Positions 1 to 8,382 of a DNA stretch of 64,000 nucleotides are shown one piece after another. The notes below the pieces were generated by a model that did not search any database, was not told the origin of the DNA, and saw nothing but the letters and a program-made list of their open reading frames with translations. This DNA comes from a virus (Duplodnaviria > Caudoviricetes). The position numbers were made by a program, and so were the translations under genes. Position 1 is the stretch's first letter. The number at the start of each line of letters is the position of its first letter. Where the stretch lies: positions 21,625 through 85,624 of IMG/VR virus record IMGVR_UViG_3300030376_007431. One strand, 5' to 3'.

Positions 1-1670
1 GAGTAAGAGCTACAGGCGGTTATATAAAGGGCACAAACGGCAAATCTACAGGGCTTGTGCCTTGGCTTAAGATATTCAATGACCTGCTTGTTGCAGTTAA
101 TCAAGGAGGGAAGAGAAAAGGTGCTGGGTGTGCATATATTGAACCTTGGCATCTAGACATTGAGGATTTCTTAGATCTCAGGAAAAACACTGGCGATGAT
201 CGTCGCAGATGTCACGATATGAACACAGCGCTATGGATTCCAGACGATTTTATGTTAGCTGTTTCAAAGAACCAAGATTGGTATTTATTTGATCCTTCTG
301 AATGCCCAGAGCTACATGATACATACGGTAAAGAATTTACTAAAATGTATAAGAAATACAAAAAGGCTGCTGACAATGGAGAATTAAAAAATTATACAAT
401 CATCAATTCTAAAGATTTGTGGAAAAAGATTCTCACAGCCCTATATGAAACTGGGCATCCTTGGATTACATTCAAAGACCCATCTAATATAAGATATTCT
501 AATAAGCATGAAGGGGTAGTGCATTCATCTAACCTATGTACAGAGATCTTATTACATACAAAACCCACCGAGTATGATGAAGGTGAGATTATCGAGGTTG
601 GAGAGACTGCGGTGTGTAATTTAGCGAGTGTCAACTTGTCTTCACACCTTAAAGTCCGCACCATAGATTGGAAAAAGCTACAAAAAACTGTAGAGGTTGC
701 CGTGAGAGGCTTGGATAATGTAATAAATTTAAATTTTTATCCAACTAAAGAGGCAAAGAAGGCAAACCTAAAACATAGACCTGTTGGTCTTGGAATTATG
801 GGCACTCATGATGTGCTACATAGACTAGGAATACCTTACAATTCTCAGGATGCAGTGGTATTGTGCGGGAAAATACAAGAGTTTATCTCCCTGCATGCAA
901 TCAAAACTTCAGCATTATTAGCTAAAGAAAAGGGAGAATACCCCTCTTTTGAGGGTTCTCTTTGGAGTCAGGACAAATTTCCAATAGATACTTATTGTGA
1001 TTTGATGAATCAGAGACATACTCATAAGCCAGAAAATGTGTATAAGAGAGTGGACTTTGAGAGCTTTGAAGAAGAGTGGGATGAGGTTAGGGAATTAGTA
1101 AGAAGACATGGTATGCGTAATAGTAATGTCATGGCGATTGCTCCTACCGCAACTATTTCATATATTCAAGGCTGTTCGCAGTCTATTGAACCAGATTACT
1201 CAATTCTTTATGTTTATTCAACACTCAGTGGTGAGTTCACAATGGTCAACGAGCATTTTGTCTCAATGGCAAAGAAGAAAGGTATTTGGTGTCAAGAGTT
1301 AGTGGACGCTCTTAAAACTGCTGACGGAGACGTTATGGCAGTTGATTTAGATGAGGATATTCAAAGAGAGTTTATGACGGCTTTTGATATTGAACCAGAA
1401 ATTTTAATTAAGGCTGCGGCTGAAAGGCAGAAGTGGATTGACATGGGACAGTCACTGAACCTTTATAACAAACACGACAGTCTTAAATTTTTAAATGACC
1501 TATATTTTTGTGCTTGGGAAAACGGTTTAAAAACTACATATTACCTAAGAGGCAAAGCCGCAACTCGGCTAGAAAAATCAACTGTTAGTTTTAAATCAAC
1601 CGAAGAACCGACAACAGAAGAAATTAAGGCCTGTTCTATTTTAGATCCCGGATGTGAGAGTTGTCAATGA
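1..1670 (+). CDS. nrdA: Ribonucleotide reductase class I alpha subunit (5'-truncated by window edge)
   Basis: Frame is open from base 3 (VRATGGYIKGTNGKSTGLVPW...). Motifs QGGKRKGA, SNLCTEI (active-site Cys), AIAPTATIS, GLKTTYYLR and C-terminal CxxC (GCESCQ). Confidence 0.97.
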   Translation, partial: VRATGGYIKGTNGKSTGLVPWLKIFNDLLVAVNQGGKRKGAGCAYIEPWHLDIEDFLDLRKNTGDDRRRCHDMNTALWIPDDFMLAVSKNQDWYLFDPSECPELHDTYGKEFTKMYKKYKKAADNGELKNYTIINSKDLWKKILTALYETGHPWITFKDPSNIRYSNKHEGVVHSSNLCTEILLHTKPTEYDEGEIIEVGETAVCNLASVNLSSHLKVRTIDWKKLQKTVEVAVRGLDNVINLNFYPTKEAKKANLKHRPVGLGIMGTHDVLHRLGIPYNSQDAVVLCGKIQEFISLHAIKTSALLAKEKGEYPSFEGSLWSQDKFPIDTYCDLMNQRHTHKPENVYKRVDFESFEEEWDEVRELVRRHGMRNSNVMAIAPTATISYIQGCSQSIEPDYSILYVYSTLSGEFTMVNEHFVSMAKKKGIWCQELVDALKTADGDVMAVDLDEDIQREFMTAFDIEPEILIKAAAERQKWIDMGQSLNLYNKHDSLKFLNDLYFCAWENGLKTTYYLRGKAATRLEKSTVSFKSTEEPTTEEIKACSILDPGCESCQ

Positions 1671-1804
1671 GATTTGTTGAGTTTAAACAGTCTGGAACAT
1701 CGCCAGTAAAATATAGACTAGAAATTAATTCAGAAGAAGCCGAAAAAGTTAAGGACTTATTGCAGGAAATTATTGAGAGATTAAGTAAAAATGAAAAAAA
1801 CTAA
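1667..1804 (+). CDS. Small hypothetical protein (45 aa, MRFVEFKQSG...) between nrdA and nrdB
   Basis: ATGA overlap with the nrdA stop, open to TAA at 1802-1804. Below the ORF-track length cutoff. Confidence 0.55.
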   Translation: MRFVEFKQSGTSPVKYRLEINSEEAEKVKDLLQEIIERLSKNEKN

Positions 1805-2798
1805 GCAGATTATATCAGATAAAGTAGCGAGTGTAAATCAAATTCTTCCTCATGTAAATAAATGGGCTTGGGATTTATTCATAGATGGTGCGGCTAATAA
1901 CTGGATGCCAACCGAAATTTCTATGGCTAAGGATATAGAGCAGTGGAAATCCAACTCATTATCCGAAGATGAGAGATTGGTAGTAAAGAGATGTCTAGGA
2001 TTCTTTGCTGGCTCAGAGTCTTTGGTCGCCAATAACTTACTGCTTAGCGTGTTTAAGTTTGTAACAGATCCAGAATGTCGCCAGTATATTCTACGTCAAG
2101 CATATGAAGAAAGCCTGCACAACTTAACGGTGGTATATATTTGCGACTCACTGAGTCTAGATATCGACGAAGTATATCAAGCATATAATTCAGTCCCTAG
2201 CATTAAAGCTAAAGACGAGTTCTTGATGAATATTACTAGTGATATAAATCGTCCTGACTTCAACATAAACACATTGGAAGGCAAGAGAGAGTTTCTTCGT
2301 AATATCATAACATATTATATTATATGCGAGGGGATATTCTTCTTCTCTGGTTTTGCTATGCTATTATCCTTTAATAGGCAGAACAAGCTTCCGGGAATTG
2401 GTGAACAAATCCAATACACTCTTCGTGATGAGAGTATACATATTGATTTTGGGACTACACTTATCAATAGATTAAGAGAAGATAACCCTAAAATTTGGAC
2501 AAAAGCTATGGAAAAAGAAACCATTGAGCATATTGATACAGCTATGGAGCTTGAATTAGCTTACGCTAGAGATGTGTTGCCGAATGGTATTCTAGGATTG
2601 AACGCAGATATGTTTATTGACTATGTTCAATTTATTGCGAACAGAAGGCTTACTAACTTAGGTCTGCCATCACCATATACGAATGCACAGAATCCATTCC
2701 CTTGGATGAGTGAAATAATAGATTTAGAGAAGTGTAAAAACTTTTTTGAGACGAGAGTTACAGAGTATTCAGTGGGTAATTTAGTGGACGATTTTTAA
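1791..2798 (+). CDS. nrdB: Ribonucleotide reductase beta subunit, class Ic (R2c)-like
   Basis: Ferritin-like ligand motifs EESLH, CEGIFF, RDESIH and C-terminal NFFETRVTEY. First ligand is Glu (GSESL) and the radical-Tyr position is Val (HNLTV). Confidence 0.95.
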   Translation: MKKTKQIISDKVASVNQILPHVNKWAWDLFIDGAANNWMPTEISMAKDIEQWKSNSLSEDERLVVKRCLGFFAGSESLVANNLLLSVFKFVTDPECRQYILRQAYEESLHNLTVVYICDSLSLDIDEVYQAYNSVPSIKAKDEFLMNITSDINRPDFNINTLEGKREFLRNIITYYIICEGIFFFSGFAMLLSFNRQNKLPGIGEQIQYTLRDESIHIDFGTTLINRLREDNPKIWTKAMEKETIEHIDTAMELELAYARDVLPNGILGLNADMFIDYVQFIANRRLTNLGLPSPYTNAQNPFPWMSEIIDLEKCKNFFETRVTEYSVGNLVDDF

Positions 2799-2812
2799 TA
2801 AGGTTTTAAAAA

Positions 2813-3928
2813 ATGGCTAACAGAATATTTTATGCGTGTCAGGGTGTCTTTGTAGATGGCTCTGAGTTGAAAAACGTGCAGAGCGTTGGTGTAAATTATT
2901 CTGCTGAAGCTGAAGGAGTGTCTGATCAAGGCAGACAACAACAGTTTAGAAGTCTTTACGCAAAGCCTGAAGTTGAGATAACTATAGAAAGAAATCTAAA
3001 TCATGGTTTCACTCCATTCTATGCCGCTACAACTCCTTCTACATATGTAGGCGGCTTTTTACTTGCCGATGGTAATTTGGGGATGTGCGGCTGGGACGGT
3101 AGCTCGAATTTAAAAGAATACAAAGTCGAGCTTGTGTATATGGACGATCAGAGCACAAGCACTAGGGTTGCTAATATCCAATACAAATATTGTTTAATTA
3201 CCAATATATCTTATTCTTTTCAGGTTGGCGGCCCAGCTACAGAGTCTATAACACTCAAAACAAATAATCTAATCAGAGAGGGAACCGCGACAGTTCCGGT
3301 TACTGGAGGTACTGACGGTGGCACAAATATAAAAAGACAAGCTTATATTAAACCGGAAGGCGCAGGTACTAATTCTACAGTTATTCCCACAGAGCTATCA
3401 AGTATAATCACTAAGGATACAGGTATTGGTAGCCATAACGGTCTTATTCAATCCATTGAGGCAAGCATGGATGTCTCTTATGAAGAGCTTTCAGATCAAG
3501 GAAACTGGAGAGGTGCTAATCAAACAACAAACCCCTCAGAGCAGAACAAATGGAAATATGTCACCGATGTGGATATAGAGACCTCAATAACTGCCAATTT
3601 GACAAAATCAATTCAACAAGATATTTTAATGAAAGACACAAACTTTATGGCTGCATTTCCAAAGCCAGATAGAGAGATTAAGCTGGCCTTTACCAATGGC
3701 GCCAGTAATTTCTTTGTATTAGATCTTGGTAAAAGAAACTATTTAACAAGCATAAGCTGGTCTGGAGGCGATACAGGAGGTGGCAACGTAACTGGTGCTT
3801 TTACATATAAGAATGATATGAAAGAATTTGTTCCATATGTCCACAGCGCTGTGTATAATATAGCGGCGCCAACAATAGCCGTCACTAACCCAGATGGCTC
3901 AGAAACAACATTTAATGTATATTATTAA
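2813..3928 (+). CDS. Putative virion structural protein, tail-tube-like, with two repeated domains
   Basis: Rich in beta-forming residues, Gly, Thr and Ser. Two related halves (VQSVGV..SDQG / IQSIEA..SDQG; ITNISYSF / LTSISWSG). Confidence 0.5.
   Translation: MANRIFYACQGVFVDGSELKNVQSVGVNYSAEAEGVSDQGRQQQFRSLYAKPEVEITIERNLNHGFTPFYAATTPSTYVGGFLLADGNLGMCGWDGSSNLKEYKVELVYMDDQSTSTRVANIQYKYCLITNISYSFQVGGPATESITLKTNNLIREGTATVPVTGGTDGGTNIKRQAYIKPEGAGTNSTVIPTELSSIITKDTGIGSHNGLIQSIEASMDVSYEELSDQGNWRGANQTTNPSEQNKWKYVTDVDIETSITANLTKSIQQDILMKDTNFMAAFPKPDREIKLAFTNGASNFFVLDLGKRNYLTSISWSGGDTGGGNVTGAFTYKNDMKEFVPYVHSAVYNIAAPTIAVTNPDGSETTFNVYY
3851..3862 (+). promoter_or_regulatory. Candidate promoter motif GTGTATAATATA upstream of DUF1501 gene 1
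   Basis: TG-TATAAT-like core about 80 nt before the AGGAG RBS and GTG start at 3943. A similar GTGTATTATAAT precedes the - strand gene at 50140. Confidence 0.3.
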
Positions 3929-3942
3929 TAAAGGAGAAAACC

Positions 3943-5196
3943 GTGTTAGACTTTATTTTTGATCGCAGGAACTTTTTAAGAGTAGGAAGTATTGGTGCTG
4001 GACTCAGTGCAGTAGGGTTATCTGACTATGCTTTGGCTCAGGAAACTCTGTCACACGAAGATAAAGCTGTTGTTTGGGTATGGCTTGGAGGAGGGCCAAC
4101 TCAATTTGAGACATTTCATGCTCCTAATGACACGGTTCCAACTGAATGGCAGCCAATCAATGGCGCGATTCATGATGCCAAAACTAATATTACGCTAGGA
4201 GCTGACTGGACTGAGTTAGCTAAACATACTAGCAAGATGAACGTAATCAATTCATTTAGCCATAGGGATTCTTCTCATCGCCAAGGTACTCACTTCATGA
4301 TGACTGGACACTATAATCCAGAGAGAACAACTACATCCATAACGAAGTACCCATCTTTTGGTTCTATAATCTCTGCCGTTTACGGGGCTAATCATCCTCA
4401 AAATGGAGTACCCACATATGTTAAACAAGGTAAAATCGAAGGTGATGAAGGTGCTTGGTTGGGCGGAGCATATAAACCTTTCGATCCATCCAATAAAGAC
4501 AACCTTACCCCAAGAGTTGAACTTAATAGATTCTCAACAAGAAAAGAATTGCTCAGAGGACTCGACGCCGCCAGAGTAGCTGGACAAAGCGCAGACTCTG
4601 TGGACTTTTATAAGGGTCAGGCATATGATGTAATTCTAGGCTCAGCCAAAGATGCTTTTTCTACAGATAAAGAAACAGAAGCAACAAAAAAACTATACGG
4701 ATCAGAGAAAGCCAACGATATCGGTGAACAATTAATGCTAGCTCGACGACTAGTAGAACATGGAACAAAATTTATAACTTTACATTACGGTGGCTGGGAT
4801 ATGCACTCTAATATTTCTAACGCTTTGAAAGGCAAGGTTCCACCTATTGACAAGGCTCTAGCTGGATTTATGCAAGATGTGTCTGATAAGGGTTTAAGTG
4901 ATAAAGTATTATTAGTGGTCACTGGTGAATTTGGCAGAACTAAGATCAACGCCAATGCTGGTCGTGACCATTGGCCATCAATCACACCAATGTTTATGTT
5001 TGGTGGGGATTACCAATCAGGCAGAACTATTGGAGAATCAGACAGATCATATAGTCCAATAGAGAACCCAGTTGGGCCATTGGATTTACAAGCAACACTA
5101 TTTAATCATTTCGGAATAGATAAAGGCATTCAGCGTGTAGATAACGGCGGAAGGCCTAGATATTTACTGGAAGGCGAAGCAAAGGTAATATTATAA
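3943..5196 (+). CDS. DUF1501 family protein 1 (alkaline-phosphatase/sulfatase-like fold) with Tat signal
   Basis: Tat motif DRRNFL, then WLGGGPTQFETF, SHRQG..MMTG, GGWDMH, GEFGRT and GRDHW. RBS AAGGAG precedes the GTG start. Confidence 0.9.
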   Translation: MLDFIFDRRNFLRVGSIGAGLSAVGLSDYALAQETLSHEDKAVVWVWLGGGPTQFETFHAPNDTVPTEWQPINGAIHDAKTNITLGADWTELAKHTSKMNVINSFSHRDSSHRQGTHFMMTGHYNPERTTTSITKYPSFGSIISAVYGANHPQNGVPTYVKQGKIEGDEGAWLGGAYKPFDPSNKDNLTPRVELNRFSTRKELLRGLDAARVAGQSADSVDFYKGQAYDVILGSAKDAFSTDKETEATKKLYGSEKANDIGEQLMLARRLVEHGTKFITLHYGGWDMHSNISNALKGKVPPIDKALAGFMQDVSDKGLSDKVLLVVTGEFGRTKINANAGRDHWPSITPMFMFGGDYQSGRTIGESDRSYSPIENPVGPLDLQATLFNHFGIDKGIQRVDNGGRPRYLLEGEAKVIL

Positions 5197-6107
5197 TGAA
5201 AAAAGAAAACTATGCAAGTGCATTTAATGAATATTTAAACGAAACAGGTTACACCGAAGAGCTTACAGAGGAGAATTTCTATGTGCCTGCGGAAGCGGAA
5301 TATGTAGACTTTGGTGAAGATACTGAAGACTGGGATATTGCAGAGGCAAAACCCGGACTTTGGGAAAATATCCGCAAGAAGAAGGAAAGAGAAGGTAAAA
5401 ATTATAGGCCTGCTCGCACTGAAAAAGAAGGTAGGCCGAGTCAAGAAGAATTAAAGAAAGCTAAGTCTGATAAGCCCTCCAAGGGCGATCCTCGAAGAAC
5501 TCCTGCCCCCAAGAAAGACCAGAAGAAAGGATCTAAAAAGAACAAGCCAGACAGCGCGAAGAACCCAAGCGGCAAGATTACTTTTAGCAAAGAGGTAACA
5601 AAGCAGTTATCAAATAAGGTTAAAGAACATAATGCTAAAGGCAAAGGTTCAAAGGCTAGTCTTGGGATGTTAAAAGCTGTATATAGAAGAGGTGCTGGCG
5701 CTTATTCTACAAGCCATGCACCAAAGATGAGTCGTCATGGTTGGGCTATTGCTAGAGTAAATGCTTTCCTGACATTGCTTAGAACTGGCAAGCCATCTAA
5801 TTCTGCATATAAGCAAGATAATGATCTATTGCCAAAAGGTCATCCTAGAAAATCTAAAGCGGCAGAATATCAAGGTAGAAAAGTCACTTTGAACAAACCA
5901 TTTAGAACTCCAGATGGGCCAAAGAAATTTGCGGTATATACTAAGAATGGATCTGGTAAGGTTGTCATTGTACGATTTGGCGATCCAAATATGGAGATCA
6001 AAAGAGATAATCCAAAAAGAAGAAAAAGTTTTAGAGCAAGACATAAATGTGATACAGCTCCGGGCCCAAAGTGGAAAGCTCGGTACTGGTCTTGCAGAAT
6101 GTGGTAA
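5196..6107 (+). CDS. Lys/Arg-rich mosaic phage protein made of short basic modules (putative DNA-binding or head-internal protein)
   Basis: Acidic N-terminus followed by modules GLWENIRKKK, TPAPKKDQKKGSKKN, LKAVYRRGAGAYSTSH..WAIARVNAFL and AEYQGRKVTLNKPFR..KARYWSCRMW, which I recognise from environmental phage proteins. Confidence 0.6.
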   Translation: MKKENYASAFNEYLNETGYTEELTEENFYVPAEAEYVDFGEDTEDWDIAEAKPGLWENIRKKKEREGKNYRPARTEKEGRPSQEELKKAKSDKPSKGDPRRTPAPKKDQKKGSKKNKPDSAKNPSGKITFSKEVTKQLSNKVKEHNAKGKGSKASLGMLKAVYRRGAGAYSTSHAPKMSRHGWAIARVNAFLTLLRTGKPSNSAYKQDNDLLPKGHPRKSKAAEYQGRKVTLNKPFRTPDGPKKFAVYTKNGSGKVVIVRFGDPNMEIKRDNPKRRKSFRARHKCDTAPGPKWKARYWSCRMW

Positions 6108-6117
6108 AGGAAATTTT

Positions 6118-7416
6118 ATGAATTGTAAAGGTAATCGCAGATCTTTTCTGCATGTTGGTTTTTTGGGTGGGCTAGGCTTAACTTTATCGGATTACTTCCG
6201 AATGGAGAAGCTTCAGGCTGACCAGAAATTTTATGAAAGTATTGAAGGCCCAGCAAAGTCTGTTATTTATATTTATTTGCCGGGAGGTTCAGCACATCAA
6301 GAGACATTTGATCCTAAACCTTTTGCTCCACTTGAGTACAGAGGGCCAATGTCTAGTATTGAAACAGTAGTTCCCGGAACTAGGCTTAACGAAATGATGG
6401 CTAAAACAGCCAAAGTCACAGACAAGATGACTATCATTCGCAGTATGACTCATGGAGAAGCAGCTCATGAACGAGGCACACATAATATGTTTACTGGTTA
6501 TAGACCTAGCCCAGCCCTTCAATACCCATCAATGGGTTCAGTGGTGGCGCACGAGTTTGGCCCTCGCCAAAACCTTCCTCCATATGTCTGTATCCCAAAC
6601 CAACCTAATGAATATGCAGGTACTGGATATTTAAGCAGCTCGTTTTCAGGCTTTAGTTTAGGCGCTGATCCAGCAAGTGATGGATTTCAGGTTCGAGATT
6701 TGAAACTACCTAACGGAGTCAATGATGGTAGATTTGGCAGTAGAAGAAAAATGCTTTCCGCAGTCAATGATTACTTTGCCACTAAAGAAAAGTCAGACTC
6801 TTTAGATGCTGTAGATAGTTTCTATGACAGAGCGTATAGTCTAATTAGCAGTGAAAAAGCTAGAGATGCTTTTGATATCAACAAAGAAAGCGATGCAATG
6901 CGAGATAAGTATGGTAGAAATACCGCTGGAGCCCGCATGCTTTTAGCTCGACGTTTAGTAGAAGCTGGAACACGTTTTGTCACGCTCACTTATGGTGGAT
7001 GGGACATGCACAATAATATAGAAAATGGTATTCGTGGACAAGTACCCGCACTAGATCAAGGGCTTGCGGCTCTTATTGAAGACCTTAGTGATAGAGGCAT
7101 GCTAGACTCAACATTAGTTTGCTTAGCTTCTGAATTCGGTCGCACGCCTAAGATTAATGCAACCGCTGGGCGTGACCACTGGCCAAAAGTGTTTAGTGTA
7201 GTTATGGCTGGAGGAGGAATACAAAGTGGAATGATTTACGGAAGCTCCAATGCTACAGCAAGTGAGCCAGAAGATAATCCAATGACAGTAGAAGACTGGG
7301 CAGCTACTATCTATAATAGAATTGGTATTGTTGCTGACAAAGAGCTTATGGCTCCCGGCGATAGACCTATAGAAATTGTAGACGGTGGCAAAGTTAGACA
7401 AGACTTAATTGTATAA
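6118..7416 (+). CDS. DUF1501 family protein 2 with Tat signal
   Basis: True start is most likely ATG 6118 (MNCKGNRRSFLHVG...), not 5914. Motifs YLPGGSAHQETFDPKP, AHERG..MFTG, GGWDMH, SEFGRTP and GRDHW. Confidence 0.92.
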   Translation: MNCKGNRRSFLHVGFLGGLGLTLSDYFRMEKLQADQKFYESIEGPAKSVIYIYLPGGSAHQETFDPKPFAPLEYRGPMSSIETVVPGTRLNEMMAKTAKVTDKMTIIRSMTHGEAAHERGTHNMFTGYRPSPALQYPSMGSVVAHEFGPRQNLPPYVCIPNQPNEYAGTGYLSSSFSGFSLGADPASDGFQVRDLKLPNGVNDGRFGSRRKMLSAVNDYFATKEKSDSLDAVDSFYDRAYSLISSEKARDAFDINKESDAMRDKYGRNTAGARMLLARRLVEAGTRFVTLTYGGWDMHNNIENGIRGQVPALDQGLAALIEDLSDRGMLDSTLVCLASEFGRTPKINATAGRDHWPKVFSVVMAGGGIQSGMIYGSSNATASEPEDNPMTVEDWAATIYNRIGIVADKELMAPGDRPIEIVDGGKVRQDLIV

Positions 7417-7426
7417 GGGAAACAAA

Positions 7427-7639
7427 ATGCCTTTACCTAAAAGAAATAAAGATGAGGATGCTAAAAACTTTGTTAATCGCTGCATGTCCAGTGATGTCAT
7501 GAAGGAAGAATATCCTAGTCAACAACAGCGAGTTGCTGTATGTATCAGTCAATCACGAGCCGCTTCTACAGTAGAGGGTTTAGCCGCTGCTAGTGAAGAG
7601 CTTATTTACGAAAATATTAAAAAGGAGACACAACAATGA
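7427..7639 (+). CDS. Small phage protein with an MPLPK..FVNRCMS..EYP..QRVAVC module
   Basis: ATG at 7427 after AAGGGA. The module resembles the N-termini of phage head-associated proteins (recalled, not verified). Confidence 0.55.
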   Translation: MPLPKRNKDEDAKNFVNRCMSSDVMKEEYPSQQQRVAVCISQSRAASTVEGLAAASEELIYENIKKETQQ

Positions 7640-7830
7640 AATTTAAAGTACCGCTGATAGCAATTATGATAGTTGCGGCAATATGTTTCATCAACAAAGA
7701 GGAGATAAAAAATATGTTTAGTGGCGATCAACCAGTTATTTGTGAAATATGTGAACCAGAATGTCCATGTCCAGAAGCAGGTTGCATTTGCGACGTTAAT
7801 ATATGCAAATGTGAAAAGTGCGTTAGTTAA
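7636..7830 (+). CDS. Small membrane-anchored or secreted Cys-rich, metallothionein-like protein
   Basis: N-terminal hydrophobic helix. Nine Cys in the last ~30 aa (CEICEPECPCPEAGCICDVNICKCEKC). RBS AAGGAG. Confidence 0.7.
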   Translation: MKFKVPLIAIMIVAAICFINKEEIKNMFSGDQPVICEICEPECPCPEAGCICDVNICKCEKCVS

Positions 7831-7915
7831 TTTCGATCTCGACCAAACGGCGAGAGCTAGCATCGAAATCAGTTTTGGGCGTTCGTTAAAAAGGAATTTA
7901 TCGGGCGCTCAAACT
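7830..7915 (+). ncRNA. Candidate two-hairpin structured RNA in an intergenic region
   Basis: ATTTCGAT..ATCGAAAT (7830-7869) followed by AGTTTTGGGCGTTCG..CGGGCGCTCAAACT (7871-7915), with G-U pairs that form only on the + strand. Confidence 0.45.
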
Positions 7916-7935
7916 TAACCAAAGGAGTTAATATA

Positions 7936-8373
7936 ATGAAATATTTAGTAACACTATTATGTTTATTGTTTGTGCCATTATCTGCAAACGCAGATCGACC
8001 AGAGCGTAAGGTAATCAAACCTCCCCAAGTTGTCAGAAGCCAACCCAGAGAGTTTACAAGACCTCCTGCGGCAAAACCCGTACAGAACAAACCTCTGCCA
8101 AAAGGATTCGGCGTACCGATTCAACGCCCACAAGGGTTTGGAAAACAGCAGTGGCAGAAACCACAGCCTCAACCTCAACAACCAAAAGTTCAGACTAAAC
8201 ATAGCTTTGGTTTTTATAATTACTATAGACCCGTGAACCCGCATTTTAGATATTATAGAGTTCCCTCTTATTATCCCCCTGTGATTATTCAGCCTCCTGT
8301 TGTTATTCAACCTCAGCCAATGCCGATTTATCCGGGCCCATTTCATGGTTTCTTTTTTCAATTTAGATTTTAA
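7936..8373 (+). CDS. Secreted Pro/Gln/Tyr-rich low-complexity protein
   Basis: Signal peptide MKYLVTLLCLLFVPLSANA, PQ/PV repeats and aromatic C-terminus GFFFQFRF. RBS AAGGAG. Confidence 0.7.
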   Translation: MKYLVTLLCLLFVPLSANADRPERKVIKPPQVVRSQPREFTRPPAAKPVQNKPLPKGFGVPIQRPQGFGKQQWQKPQPQPQQPKVQTKHSFGFYNYYRPVNPHFRYYRVPSYYPPVIIQPPVVIQPQPMPIYPGPFHGFFFQFRF

Positions 8374-8382
8374 GGTAATACT

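Noticed and set aside
5914-6117. N-terminal extension of the 500-aa ORF in the track
   Set aside because: It overlaps the real 5196-6107 gene and has no sensible sequence. The Tat signal begins at ATG 6118.
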